In this document: positions 27,830 through 41,700 of the stretch, in pieces
Numbering within the stretch: the stretch's first letter is position 1
How the letters are laid out: each line of letters begins with the position of its first letter
Source: Amphiscolops sp. MND2022
Taxonomy: Eukaryota
NCBI GenBank assembly: GCA_964187785.1
Contig: OZ076414.1
Coordinates: 50,158,001-50,222,000, forward strand
DNA length: 64,000 nucleotides
Direction: 5' to 3'
Program-made: the position numbers and the translations under genes
The notes under the pieces: model-generated
Told to the model about the DNA's origin: nothing
What the model saw: only the letters and a program-made list of their open reading frames with translations
Databases searched by the model: none

Positions 27830-28748
27830 TGTTGGCGCCAGTCATCAGCAGCCAAAAGAATGTTGATTTGGAACATGCTGGTTGAGAACCAAAACTTAAA
27901 CACTTACAAACTCAGATGAAAAGTTGAAGAAACGTCAAGTGTGACAAATGTTCAAAACCCGCGCCCAAATGGGTTTTCTCGAAGACTCTTAGTCAAAGGG
28001 CCATGAAACTTAGCTCACATATGCAGGTACATAACACGGACACACTGGCTAAATTTCAAGGTCATTCACCCACTATAACCCTTTTTACCCCTCACATGTG
28101 TGATATTCAAGGTCATTGTGCCAAAAAATGTAATGTTTCTTATTTACCACTATGACCACTTTAGAATGTAACTCTGATGCAATTGATGATATTTACATTG
28201 CGTAAACATGCTTCGGAGCCCACCTAACCCACATTCAAGACTTACCATAAGCTTTGTTTACATAGTCAATCATTTAATAATTCAACTAAATGTCATATAT
28301 TTATAGAACATATTTCACGTGATATTTGCTCTATATTTACTGTAGAAATTAAACGATATGTATACGTTTATTAGATAGGGATTTTCATTACTGAATAGCT
28401 ATAGTCAAGTTGGTTCTCGGGACTGCGAGACTAATTAACTTTCAACATCTTAACAGCTTCTCGCTAGAGGCGGAGCGAATAAGCAGCTACTCTCATAGTT
28501 GGAGGGCCGGAGCGCGAGAAGATACAGAGCGGTAAGTTTGTGACGGATCTCATCGGATCCAAACAAGTGCTAGAGGGGTCACAGGAGACTTCACGGGTCA
28601 CATAGGACCTCACCAGTCAAAAGATACAGTCATTTAAAACAAGAAAACCAGGATTTATTTAGTAACGGTCCACAGTACTAAGCAACGGATCAGGGCGGCG
28701 TAAAGCTTGTCAAGCGTCAGCGCAGGATAAGAGCAGGCAGCCGTTAGA
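27830..28748 (+). repeat. BEL 5' LTR
   Basis: TGTTGGCG...CCGTTAGA; roughly 90% similar to 34357-35265 by eye. Confidence 0.9.
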
Positions 28749-28750
28749 TT

Positions 28751-28768
28751 TGGTCCACCGACCCGGAC
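28751..28768 (+). promoter_or_regulatory. BEL primer-binding site, tRNA-Tyr-like (degenerate)
   Basis: TGGTCCACCGACCCGGAC vs the tRNA-Tyr complement TGGTCCTTCGAGCCGGAA. Confidence 0.65.
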
Positions 28769-28871
28769 TAGAAGAAGAGGACGAGGACGAAGACGACTCG
28801 TCGGTGGACAAGTGAGAAGATAGCCCAAGAAGAACAAGTGTCTGGATCTTGGACTCTCTGATTTTGTATAT

Positions 28872-29087
28872 CTGGGAGTTTGGGCTGTTGTGACTCTGGG
28901 AGATTTGACTACTGTGTCTCTGGGAGATTGAGCTACTGTGTCGCTGGGACATTGGGCTTCTTTGTCTCTGGGAAATTGGGCTATTGAATCTCTGGGAGAC
29001 TGGGCTATTGTGTCTCTAGGAGATTGGGCTATTGTGTCTCAGGGAGATTGGGCTATTTTGACTCTGGCAGTTTGAGCTATTGTGACT
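28872..29087. repeat. Minisatellite, 9 x 24 bp (consensus CTGGGAGATTGGGCTATTGTGTCT), in the BEL leader
   Basis: Nine contiguous degenerate units counted directly; no spacers. Confidence 0.95.
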
Positions 29088-32000
29088 TTGGGAACTAAAT
29101 TCGATCGAAAAGTGAAAAGATGGCAGAATCTAAACGGTTTGATATCAACAAAATTGAAAACCTCCTGAACAACTCTGCTGACAAAGCCCAAACGTTGTGT
29201 TATTGGAATGCAGCTGTTGAGCACGGTAAGACTGTCCAAGAAATTGATGAGAACCTGGCTAGCAAAGTTGAAGACAAGCAGATGGCATATTTACTGTTAA
29301 GACGAACAGGTGCCATGAACACGAGAGATCGGCTCCTTAAGGCAGTCGAAAATGCAATCAAACTCAAGTACCAACCGCAGATACCCGACATGTTCTCAGC
29401 AGTGAACAAGGCGATGCAGAGCCGATTTGTTGAGTTGCAGCAACAAAACGCTAGCATTGGAAAGGTGAACATGCTGATGTCAGCATTGCAAGGTGAAAAT
29501 CAGAAATTAAACTATTTGGACCTCGAAGAAAAAAAACGTGCTTTTGATGAAAGAATGGTTAACAACGAAAAGTTGCGAGATGATGCAATCGCAAACGGGA
29601 AAAACGCCAACGAAGAAGATTATGCTGCAGCATGTCAAGAATTGCTGCAGAAAAAGTCTGACATGAACAAACACGAATTGAAGCTCTGCTGGAGGCAGGA
29701 GACGAGGGAGCCTTTCTGCGAAGTCTTGAAGACGCTGAACAAAGACTAGCAGACGCTGGTGTAAACTCAGTAGTAGATAAATCCAGTAAAATTGGTACCT
29801 CACCACAAAAAAAAACTGCAACTAGACGACGAGCAAAAGGAACTTGATGGTCACAACAAGGATAACAGACGAAATCCAAGAAATGGGGCTAGATCGCAGC
29901 CAATAGAAGAACTGAGCATACATTCACAAGGTAAAAAAACCGAAAGCAACAAAAATTCTGTGTTCTCGAAAACGTCAAGTGTGAGACGGATTCCCGATCT
30001 GAAGCTCTAAAAGCTTTGAGAGAACAACAAGAACTGCAAGCCCGAATATAGAAACAGAGACGTGAAGCAAAAGAAATTGAGATAGCTGGCTTGACAGAGC
30101 AGATGGTCCGCAAAGAGTGGCTCAATGATATAGCAGATGTTCAAGATGAATTGCTTTTGTCTTTAAACCCTAATGCGCATCGCGCGAAGTCGAGCTACAA
30201 GGAAAAAGCCGAAGACTCCACGTTTGCTACATCAGCAACAAACACAGCAAACGACAATTCGAAGAACCAGCGAGAGTGTGCGTTGAAATACGGCAAACAT
30301 CCGATTTGGAAATGTGAGAAATTCAAGAAGATGCACGTCGAAGAAAGAGGACAAAAGGCAAATAGTTGAAATTGTGCTTCAAATGTTTGTCAGACGCGCA
30401 TCAGATGAGAAATTGCTCTGGTAGACTCTGCGACGTAAATGGTTACGGAAAACCTCATCACAGATTGCTACATCGAGTTACAAGAACGTCCAACAAAAAC
30501 AAAATGTTGAAAATGTCGATGGGGTCTCCAGCCAGTCCTCAATGAGAAGCAGTGGAGTGCTTCCAGTCATTCCATTAACGATAGGAGGTGGGAGCAAAAC
30601 TCTGAAAACGTTCGCTTTGTGCAACTCTGGAGCTAGTTTGTCGTTTGTGGACGAAAGTCTGATGAAAACGCTAAATCTGACAGGACAATCAGTGAATTTG
30701 AATGTTGCAAGGATTCATGGAACGTCAGATAACAGTATCAAAACACTTCTAGTCAACATTGGTGATCAAAGTTGGAAAGGTGAAAGAAAATATCACTGTC
30801 TATAGTCATCCCAAAGTGAACGCGGGAAATCGAACGTACAGCCTCAAGAAATTGACGGAAACATACCCTCACCTGTCAGGTTTGAAAAACTCTACTGTCA
30901 ACTTGATAGATGTCAAAGTCATATTGGGCCAAGATTGTTATCACTTGCATAGGGCAACCGAATGAAGAAAATGTCGAAACGCAAAGCCGTGAGCAGTGCG
31001 AACGAAGCTGGGATGGATATGCTCAGTGGACCCTTGCCCCAACAAGAGAATGCGAAACTTGCAACTGACAGTTTAGTTGCAGCAGAAGTGGACCCATTGG
31101 CGGATCAAGTTAAAACTTGGTGGAGCATGGAATCGTGTGCTTCCAACTGCAGTGTATCAGGAAGGTCCAAGGAGGATGACAAGGCACTCGAAATGCTGAA
31201 AGCAACCACGAAGTTCGATGGAGAGAGGTACGAGGTCGGGCTACTTTGGAAAAATGCAAAGCTGCATTTGCCAAACAATTACAGTTCAGCAGTGAGTCAA
31301 TTGAAGTCTCTCGAGCGCCGATTCGAAAAGGATGTGAAATTGAGACAACGCTACCAATAGACTATTGATGTGGACTTGAAAAAAAGATTTGTGAGAGTTT
31401 TGGATAGAACAGAGCTTGAAAACACTAAAACAGACCTTCGGTGGTACGTTCCAAAACTTCCTGTGTTGAACCCGAACAAGCCGGACAAAATGAGTCGAGT
31501 ATGCAATGCTGCCTCAAAGTTTGGAGGTTTTTCACCTAATGATAACTTGATGGGCGGTCCAGCCCTTCTACAATCTCTGTAGGAATTGTCTTCAGATTCA
31601 GGGAGAAGCTAAGTGCCTTGACCGCAGACGTTGAAGCGATGTTTCTGCAAGTGAAAGTACCTCCTGCTGATTACAAAGTACTGATATTTCTGTGGAGAAA
31701 AAACAACACTGAACCTCTCTCTGTTTTTGAATATGGAAGACCTTTCTGGAGCTAAGAGTTCGTCAACATGTGGGAACTATGCTTTGCAACAAGTTGGACG
31801 AGACTGCAGAGATGACAATGGGATGGTCGCAAAATTGATGAACAGAAATTTCTTCAAACTATTTTGAGAAGTCAGTAGCTTCAGAGGAAGAAGCCGTTGG
31901 GGTGTACAAAAGCTTGCTAAAGTCCATACCCGATGGTGGATTCCATTTAACGAAATGGATTTGCAACTCCGAGAAAATAATGGGAGAAATATCTCCTGAA

Positions 32001-34356
32001 GACATATCAGGCGCGCTGAGTAAGACATTCGAAGCAGAATCATTGGCACCCTCAATCTTGGGACTTCAGTGGAATGTAAAGTCGGACAGTCTTGAGAGCT
32101 GCCGCGGTATGAGAAAAGAGGTGCATGCCGAGGTCACTCAGCGAATAGTTTTATCCCAAGTATCCTCTTTATTTGACCTGTTGGGATTGTTTTCCCCCTT
32201 CACAGTGAAGATGAGATTGTTGCTCAAAGGAATTTGGAAAAACCATGGGCAATCGTGGGACGAACAAGTAACTCCAAAAGACGAGATAGCTTTCAGAGAT
32301 TGGGCATCGGAGTTGAGTCACATGAATGAGATGGCTCTCAAACGACATTACTTATCAAAAATTGCTGAAGTAGTGGACTTGCATGTTTTCGCTGATGCAT
32401 CAATGGAAGCCATGTGCATAGTTGCGTATTTTAGAGATCAACAATTGGGAGAGCTTGCCTTTGTAGTTGGAAAATGCCGAGTAGCGCCAATGGAGCATTA
32501 ATCATTTCCCCGACTAGAGCTACAAGCAGCATTGTATGGCACTCGATTGAAGCAACTGATCGTAGACGAACACGACGTTGAAAACAAACCAAATTTCTTT
32601 TTGACGGATTCGACAACTGTTTTGCAATGGTTGCATGGAGCTGAGTAGGAACAAGCGGTGTTTGTAGCAAACAGAGTCACTGAAATCCTCGACAGCTCAA
32701 TCATTGATCAGTGGAGACATGTCAAAGGAACCTTAAACCCTGCCGACATCGAAACAAGAGGAGATCTGCTCAGGAACTAGAACAGAGTGAATGGTTCACA
32801 GGCCCGGCATGGCTTCGAGAAACAGAAGATGCTTGGCCAGAAACTTCACCACAGCTGTTTCAACAAAAAACAGAAGACATAGAACAAGTCTTTGGAGTGG
32901 TGTCGAGAGAAAAAGACATAGGTTGGGACAAGTTCGGTTCTTTCAGAAGAGTGACACGAATCTACGCCTACTACCTTCGGTTTCAAGCAAAAATCAAGAA
33001 AAAGTAGTCAAGACAGAAAAATTGCAGCAAGTGATCCTAATGCTACTGCGAAAAAGCCAGATGGAAAGCTTTGGTCCAACTTATCAATCATTGGCCGCAG
33101 GTAAACCTATGGCTGCATCTGATCGCTTGAACAAACTGTCGCTATTTATGGACAATCAGAACCTCATGCGATTGAGAGGAAGACTGCGTCATGCAGATGC
33201 GAGCTATGATTTTTCGTGGACATCCATTTTTCTTATGCGAGCTATGAACATCCATTTTTCTTATCTGCGAACCATCCAATAGTGAGGAAACTATGTGAGG
33301 TTGCTCACGAGAGTAACTATCATGAAGGAACAGGGTATGTTCGCAGCATTTTGCAGCAAAATTACTGGATAATTGGACTTTGAAACGCGCTCAGAAATGT
33401 GAAATTGAAGTGTGTTAAATGCAGAAAACAACAAGTTGGAGTAGTTCAACCTTTCATAGCAAGCCTGCCTAAAAAAGATTGGAAGAAATAGTTTTTCCTT
33501 TTGCCAACACTAAAGTAGAAAACTTTGGACCATTCGAAGTGAGTTTCATGAGGAAATCAATGAAACGATGGTGTTGTCTATTCACAGGTTTGACAACAAC
33601 AAGCTGTATATGTTGAAGTCGTGCCGAGTCTGGAAGCTGACGCATGTCTTGCCGCAAATACGAGATTCATCGCACGAAGAGGGAAACCCAATATCATTCT
33701 AAGTGATAATGGAACGAATTTTGTAGTCGCAGCTAGAGATGGGAGCATGAATAGAAGCTTGGAGACAAGCGAGTATTGAGCAGTCTTTGGCTCAAAAGCA
33801 ATTAAAGTGGAAGTTCAACCCCCCAGGTGCGCGAGGTGTTTGGGAGCGAATGGTTAGAAGCTGCAAGAAAGCTATGATGGCAATAGTGGGAAAGAGATCA
33901 CTGACAGATGATGTAAAATCCACAACCATGTGTCTAGTCCAGCAGATATTGAATTCGGGACCTCTGACTAGTGTCAGTGACGATCCTGAAGACGCGCAAG
34001 TCCAGCAACCCCCTTCATCCCTGACGCCCAACGATATACAGATCTGCGAAGATAATTCAGAGTATCACAAGCACATGCGGATATGATCTGGGGCAGATGG
34101 AACTGAGAATAATTACCACATTGGATTAAGAGGTCGAAATGGAAGAAAGAAGAAGTTAGACAACTGGAAGTCAATGATTTGGTTTGGGTAGTGGATGAGA
34201 ATGTAAAAAGAGCACACTAAAAGATGGATAGAGTGTTGGAAGTCTATCGTGGGAGCAATGGGCGATTGAGATCAGCGCTAGTTAAACGGAAGATGGAAAA
34301 GTGAAAAAACCAGTAGTAAAACTGGCACCCTTGTTCTACGAAAACAGGGCCGACAA

Positions 34357-35265
34357 TGTTGGCGGCAGTCATCAGCAGCCAAAAAAGTTGATTTGGAACA
34401 AGCTGGTTGAGAAACAAAACTCAAACTTTTAGAAACTTAGATGAAAATTTGAAGAAATATCAAGTGTTACAAATGTTCAAAAATATCCTTCCAGAGGTTT
34501 TCTCGAAGACTCTTAGTCATAGAGTCATGAAACGTGGCACATATATGCAAGTAAATAACACGGACACACTGGCTAAGTTTCAGGGTCATTCATCCACTAT
34601 AACCTTTTTTAACCGCACATGTGTGATATTCAAGGTCATTTTGCCAAAAATATAAAGTTTCTTATTTACCCCTATGACCACCTTAGAATGTAACTCTGTT
34701 GCAAATGATGATATTTACATTGTGTAAACATGCTTCGGAGCCCACCTAACCCACACTCAAGACTCGCCATGTGCTTTGTTTACATAGCCAATAACTTTAA
34801 AAATTCACCTAAATGTCATATTATTATATAACATATTTCAACTGATATTCGCTCTATATTTACTGTAGAATTGTAAACGATATGTATACCATTTTTAGAT
34901 AGGGATTTTAACGACTGAATAGCTATTGTCAAGTTGGAACTCGGGACCACGAGACTAATTAACTTTCCACATCTTTACAGCTTTTCGCTAGAGTCAGTGC
35001 GAATAAGTAGCTACTCTCATAGTTGGAGAGCCGGAGCGCGTGAAGATAGAGAGTTTGTGACGGATCACATCGGATCCAAACAAGTGCAAGAGGGATTGCA
35101 GGAGATTCCACGGGTCACATAGGACCTCACCAGTCAAAAGATACAGTCAATTAAAACAAGAAAACCAGGATTTATTTAGTAACGGTCCACAGTACTAAGC
35201 AACAGATCAGGGCGGCGTAAAGCTTGTCAAGCGTCATCGCAGGATAAGGGCAAGCAGCCGTTACA
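34357..35265 (+). repeat. BEL 3' LTR
   Basis: TGTTGGCG...CCGTTACA; preceded by GAAAACAGGGCCGACAA. Confidence 0.9.
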
Positions 35266-35270
35266 AGAGC

Positions 35271-36250
35271 GAAAAACCCCAAGGTTGAAACCAGTCGATA
35301 AGTTTCCCTGTACGGATATTTCAGCTTGAAGGCCTAGTTGTCAATCGCGAAATCTGCTATTTTGTTGTCGCCTACTGCCATTCTGATTCTGGCCTTAACA
35401 ATACCTTCGTCTAGTTTAGTGAAATTGGAACACAGTCGTCGATCTAACTCGTTTTTTGGCTTTCTGCTTTTTCTCATTGGCACCATCCCGAACACGCTTG
35501 TTGATAATTGCTTTGAGTGATGACCTCTGACGTTTAACTCCTCTTGGTAGTTTTTCCAAAAAACAGCTTAGAGGGGAAAGCAATAAGCATCACAGAAAAT
35601 ATTTAACGGGGGTTCACAAATACAATTAAATCTCGGTATCATGTTTTCAGCTAGGGGGATCCGTGATTTTTAGAAAGTATTTTCAAGTGAACAACGCCTG
35701 AATTAAAAATGGTACCTTGTCTAAAGTTATCATCGTGGCAATGATGGATAGAGTCACTAAAGAGCACCAACAACCTTTCAATTCGGCAAGGCTTCGTGCC
35801 TCCGTTTTTGATATATTGGCGCTTTTTATATAAACGCATCCGTTTCAAAGCCTACAATTTACCCAGTCAATCAACCCTGAGGGCTTCAGACACTTCAGAC
35901 CGTTGGAGGGTTCGTTGTTATTCATCACAACTCAACCTCGAAACCTTTCCATTTGCAGGAATACCACAATTGGTGTGTGCCAATCTCCCCAAAAACCAAT
36001 CACCACAGTGAAGCAATCCGAATTCAAAACAAAACCTTGAATTGATAAAATGAAAAATAAATGGAATTATCTCTCCGGGTTGTGATGATTCTTTCAGACC
36101 AAGTGCGGCGACAAACCAACAAAAGTGCGTCAGGATGTTGGCCAGTTGTCTGCAATTCAGATCATTGCCATCTCTGAAGCTATCCCACAAGTCCATCAGA
36201 ACAGTTATGCTCGTTTGCAGAAAATTTCTATTCGATAAGCATTCATCTGA
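35271..36250 (-). mobile_element. 5' part of the same CRE-like element, separated from the 3' part by the BEL insertion
   Basis: Minus strand reads KLDEGIVKARIRMAVGD...LKYP, matching the CRE pre-RT region (compare ISNAMRFL...LQEKHP in the first element). Confidence 0.6.
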
Positions 36251-36501
36251 AACAAACACACAACAGTTGGGCTAACAAATAACACAACGACACTAACCTT
36301 CATCACAAAGATTAACCGCTGGATTTTCTGCATGCATGATTACTGAGAGGCTATGGTACTGTCAAACTTGGTACCTCCCCAAATGTTTCTTGGAAGTGTA
36401 AATGTACCTATTGTTGTTCTGGAAGATCATCTTTGGTATACATGATTTTGATTTCACGGAGTTTTAGGAAATGAATTAGAGTGCCTATAGAACAAGAGTC
36501 A

Positions 36502-36891
36502 NNNNNNNNNNNNNNNNNNNNNNNNNNNNNNNNNNNNNNNNNNNNNNNNNNNNNNNNNNNNNNNNNNNNNNNNNNNNNNNNNNNNNNNNNNNNNNNNNNN
36601 NNNNNNNNNNNNNNNNNNNNNNNNNNNNNNNNNNNNNNNNNNNNNNNNNNNNNNNNNNNNNNNNNNNNNNNNNNNNNNNNNNNNNNNNNNNNNNNNNNNN
36701 NNNNNNNNNNNNNNNNNNNNNNNNNNNNNNNNNNNNNNNNNNNNNNNNNNNNNNNNNNNNNNNNNNNNNNNNNNNNNNNNNNNNNNNNNNNNNNNNNNNN
36801 NNNNNNNNNNNNNNNNNNNNNNNNNNNNNNNNNNNNNNNNNNNNNNNNNNNNNNNNNNNNNNNNNNNNNNNNNNNNNNNNNNNNNNNNNNN
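36502..36891. other. Assembly gap (390 N)
   Basis: Run of N. Confidence 1.
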
Positions 36892-37205
36892 ACATATGAA
36901 ATAGTGGTAAAACGAATTAAAGATTCAGCAGGCAACAAGTTACAACAGTGCATATTAAAATGTTACATTTTGATCTTGTAATATTGCACCAAAGAAGATT
37001 AGAGGCTAAAACGTCAAGTTTCACTGTGAGTGTATTTTCGGTTTGAAAACTGATATTCCATATAGCTTTTCTAAGCAATTAGCCATGATACACACACGTA
37101 TTTGGAACTGCTCATCAGTTTTATTCAACCGGGTTCCACGTTTTTCAAAGAGACTCAAATTATTGATTTCTAAATTATAGTCTGGGTGCCGTTTGGTAGG
37201 ATTCT

Positions 37206-37662
37206 TGAAGTTTCAGCGACAATATGGCGCCGGACGTTTTTGCGACACGTCCCTTTTGTCGCCGAAACGTCCTCTAAAAGCTAAGCACCAAAGTGAAATA
37301 CGGGAACAAGAAAAACGTCTAAAAAAAGGAATAACGTCAAAAAAGCATTTAAATCATTTTCAGTACCTTCTGCCAACTAGTGTGGGGTCATATACGGTGT
37401 TTGCACGCTCGTCCTCACCGTCGCGAAAATGAGCTTCTATTACGATCGCTTTGCTCCTGTTCGACATCGCTCAGCAAGATGGGAACATAAGCAGCCTCAA
37501 GTCGCCGCGGGGCAAAAGAGGAAATGAGGGGCATAACCGAGGCACCTTTTGTTGTAGCAAAGGTATCTATGAAGAGGTATCTCAGTTTTTAGTTTTTTAG
37601 AAGACGTTTCGGGGACAGTGATGTCGCCAAAACGTCCGTCGTCATATTCTCGCCGAAACGTC
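37206..37662. mobile_element. MITE-like element with long imperfect terminal inverted repeats
   Basis: AATATGGCGCCGGACGTTTTTGCGACA...CCGAAACGTCCTCTAAAA matches the reverse complement of 37595-37660. Confidence 0.6.
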
Positions 37663-37699
37663 TTGTTCCCGTTTGGTATTGACAATAGTTGAGACATCG

Positions 37700-38115
37700 C
37701 GCTCATTGAGAAGCTTGTTGAGAAAAATGAGGTCAACCATCTGAAATTGATGAAATTGATAGGAGATGGGAAACAGCTTCAAGGCCCTAAAGCGTTTGTG
37801 ATAATGATTTATATCGAGTATCCACTGCGTCGTTCGTTTCTGAAACAGTTCGAACTTGTCAATCGTTTTTTGACTGGAATACCATATCTGTGACTTATAG
37901 GTTAAACTAGACGGAAAATAGGATTTGAAACGAACCATTTTACCTTGGGATCCAAAAAAGACTAATACCAAAAGAGCCGAATCAACAGGATTTTTAGATG
38001 GCCCAGTTTTGTAAGTGTTCATCCTCAGATAGTTCCGGTGTGAAATAGAGACCAAGACCTTTACAGTTTTTAGCTGTGTATAGCCTGGATTCATTGAACG
38101 ATGTTTTGGCTTCAC
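37700..38115 (-). pseudogene. CR1/L2-like non-LTR ORF2 C-terminal fragment
   Basis: YKSQIWY...FELFQKRTTQWIL...YHKRFRALKLFPI...DLIFLNKLLN matches the post-RT tail of CR1-group elements. Confidence 0.65.
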
Positions 38116-38749
38116 AAAAGGGAACTGAGTGAAGGACTGTTTTGTCAGTAATGAAATGTTGTTGGATTTATTCCATGTTTACGTTCAAGTTGTCGTGCTA
38201 ATTCAAAGTCATAACCTAAGGAGTAACTCTCCCAGTGATACATATATCACAAAGGGCTAATAATAATATTAAGAAACTTTATACTAGTAATAAGAACTAC
38301 ATATAAATGTTACATTCATAACAAAAGGCGGACTGATCATGTGAAAGCCAAAAGAATCAAATTGAGAATAACATTAAAAAAAACAAAGGTCCGAAAGGAT
38401 GATAGCCCAAAGTTTCATGATGATGCAACACTTGAAAATTCTTGTTAGATCACACGGTCCTGAAAACTTACTCTATGCACTCTCCCTTTCGGTAAAGGAG
38501 CTGTTCCGAGCATTCCCCAATTATTTGCGCATAAGTATTCCTCTTTGACTATTAGGTTATCTTCGTCTACTAAAAGACGTTTGGCTTTCGTGTCTGTTTT
38601 CAGCAAGTGTTTTTGGTAATATTGGCAGATCAATTTCCTCTTGATGGATTCGAACACTTTATCAGTATTTTGCTCGATTCTAACGTCTTTTTTAATGGCC
38701 TGAAAGTTTAAGCAGCTTTGTTGGCAGGTAGTAGGGCAGTTTCTTTTAT

Positions 38750-41700
38750 TTTCAATTTGATTTTAGTAGGTCTTGCAACGCGCGCATTTGTCTGGCTTGT
38801 TTTTTCTGTAGCAGGATTTCTTCAATTTCCATCTCTTCCTCTGGTCGGAAGAATAGTTGTTTTTCATCTGCTACGCTTGTCGAATGCAAGTTGACTTGTT
38901 TTTGTCTGGTTGTGATGTCTTCTCGCAATTTGAGTTCGGTATTGCTTTTGTTTGAAAAAAAACGAGTCACGGACCAGTTAGCAGTAATAACGATGCGCCG
39001 GTAGTGCCTTTTCGCATAGGATATAACTCTACTCTAAAAACAAAAATCACAAGAAATTCTTTGCAGTAGATCGACCTTTTTATTTGCGCTGACGAGACCA
39101 TTTTTGACCCGAATGCAACTGGTGCAATAGTTTTTTTCTTTTTCCAAGTGAAATACTTCTCGTTATTTTCTTTGACCATTAGCGGATAGCGTGAGGCGCA
39201 AAAGCTGGCGTCCGTCATTAGGACGTATTGCTGTCCTGTGATTGGCTGCTTGAGAGCCAATCTGCACGCTTCCGGTAGCACTGCCATAATCGCTTTGTAG
39301 TTGCCTAGTACTTCTATTGTGATCTTTTGTTGTCTGTCTGCTCGTAAGAGCACGTAGAATGCAAGTAGTTTTTCAGTGAGAATTGTTGCGGTAATTGTTG
39401 ACGAATCCGAGGTACCTTTGAACTTGGTTCTTTGATTTGTGAAAGGGACTTTTGCTAGGAACTTGTGGATTTTGTGATCTTGGGGACTACTCCTGGGTTG
39501 TGATTGCCCTGCCTAAGAATTTTACTTCCGTTACTTCAGTTTATCGTTTTTCTATTGTCAGTTTCAGGTTAGTTTACTGATGCATTCAAGTACTTTGCTG
39601 ACGTTTCGTATCAGTTGCGTCACAGTGTTTGCGGCTATTCCAATGTAGTCGACACCCTGCAAATATTGATCTGGTTTCATAACTTGTTCCTGGTACACCC
39701 GCATGAAATTGGAAAATGCAGACAATGCTTTGGCCTTCTGCTTACCTTTTGAACGCAAAGGTTATGATTGCGAAGTTGAAAGCTAACTTTTTAATTGATC
39801 TTTGATCGGTAGGAAATGATAGGCCTCTGGAAAGTCCATTATCCAAAATAGTTTCTTACCGGCTAAATGATGAGCTGCATCTGAAAGGTTGCTAGCTGGA
39901 TCTATGTTGTTGATGCAGTCATCCAAGATTAGCGCGTTGATTTTCCGCAGGTCGACATGTAGACGCATTTTGCCGTTTGAATTGCGATGTGCAAAAATCC
40001 AGTTGGCATAATTGGAAACCATTGAGGCTGTTATTATGCCATATCTGTGCATTAGTGCTAATTCGACTGTCAGATCTGCTTGGAGGTTGTTTGGTATAGG
40101 TGGGCTCTCTGTGTTAACTAGTGGTTCGTCCTTCGCGCTGAGTTTCACTTTGAAGTTGTCATTAATTACGACATTTAGTCGCTGTCGAGCGAAGATATCA
40201 TGGTACTCAACTATGGATTCTTCTAGTTGTTCTCTATCGTTGCCATCGACTAGTGATCCTTCCCCTTTGAACATATCAAGGAATTTTTTCCTCGACTCTC
40301 ATCATTGTTTGGGTCTAGTTCTTCTTATTCGATTAGTTCTGGTATCTCTTTGAGTATACGCTGTTGTATAGGTGGATGTTCATCTTCGTTTCCTGGGTTT
40401 TCTGTGGGTGGGTAACTATAGACTTTGTCGTATTGATCGTCTTGTTTGGTTTTCATTAGTTCATCATGTACGTAGATGTTTGCGTCATCTGGTTCATGTA
40501 GAAATTTTGGTCGCTTTTGTTTCGTGTCGTCTGGTCTCACCATTTGGAGCTCAGACAGCTTAGTTTGGTTCTTGGTGGTATATGGAAACTCCGTTATGTT
40601 GGCCAATCTGATGTTGAACCGTCTATTATTGTGCGGTTGCCAGCTCAGGGGCGACGAATATTTTCGCTGTTTCCTCAAACTGTGGTAAAGGTTGTACTGC
40701 TACTCTGGCATCGTTTGTGCTGGTTGTGATCTTTTTTTGCCGATACTGTAGTTGTTTAATGCGGGGGTAAAACTTGTTCCCTTCAGCTCGTATCTGGAGC
40801 GGCTTTGGGTTGCAGTTCTTCATTTCATCGGTCATGGCTATCATCATATCGACGTGTGGGAAATCGCTTGTTCCGTTGATCGTGTCTATCACAACCTGGT
40901 GGTTGATATTCCCTATTGAATTTTATCATGGTGTTGTCGGACCATGACATAGCGTTGATGAATGCTCCCGAGTCAACTAGCCCGTCTGAAGTTCTTTCAT
41001 CATATTCAAGGGGCAAGTATGGTATTCATCTTCGTTTTTTGAGTAGGATTGTGGAGAGGTATGCAGGTGTCCTGATCTCTTCCAAAGATGTATTTTTGAT
41101 TGAGCTGAGCGACGACGGGAAGTTGTCCAGGAAGGTTGGTTTTGTTGTACTGCGGGAGAAGAGATCATCTTCCAGGGACGGTTGTGTCGTACGGTGGTCG
41201 TCATGAATGTTTTCATTTTGATTTGTGGGGGAATGTCGGGGTTGATTTTAAACATGAGGATGGACGGGTCTTATATGTCTGGTCTGTCCCAATGGTCGAA
41301 TATGTAATCTTTATCGTAATTGTAGATGTTTTCTTGACTTGAGTCTGGTAGTAGTCGTTCATTGGTCATATATTTTTCTGGATAGCCATTATCCATTGGG
41401 GAAATTCTTTATTGTAATTCGTGTTTGGTGTTGTACTCTTGTATTGCAGCGACCTTGTGTCGTCGTTGCCAGTCCCCTGTTAGTATTCCGTTACATGTTG
41501 TAGTTGAGTTTTGTGTGTGAGTGTCGGCGGATCCTCTATGGTATATGCCCTCGCGTCTAATGGTGCCCCAGAACGCGGGCGCGGCGCAACTAGTTTTCTG
41601 GTTCTTCAGTTGGGAAAGATGTCGTTGGTTTTGCGTTGTTGTCTTGGAAGTGCTCTGTTTGGTAGTGGCGCTTCGATATGGATCGTTGGCTGCATTGACT

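Larger units (their letters stand above)
27830..35265 (+). mobile_element. BEL/Pao LTR retrotransposon, full length, degenerate
   Basis: LTRs 27830-28748 and 34357-35265; TSD AAAGC / AGAGC. BEL motifs YEVGLLWK, RVCNAASKF, LGLQWN, LHVFADASMEA, KCRVAP, ELQAA, GVWERMVRSCK; many stops. Confidence 0.92.

Noticed and set aside
28872-29087. Possible CRISPR array
   Set aside because: Contiguous degenerate units without unique spacers, in a eukaryotic retroelement; it is a minisatellite.
36408-36981. ORFs in the track spanning 36.4-37.0 kb
   Set aside because: They are artefacts of translating through the N gap.
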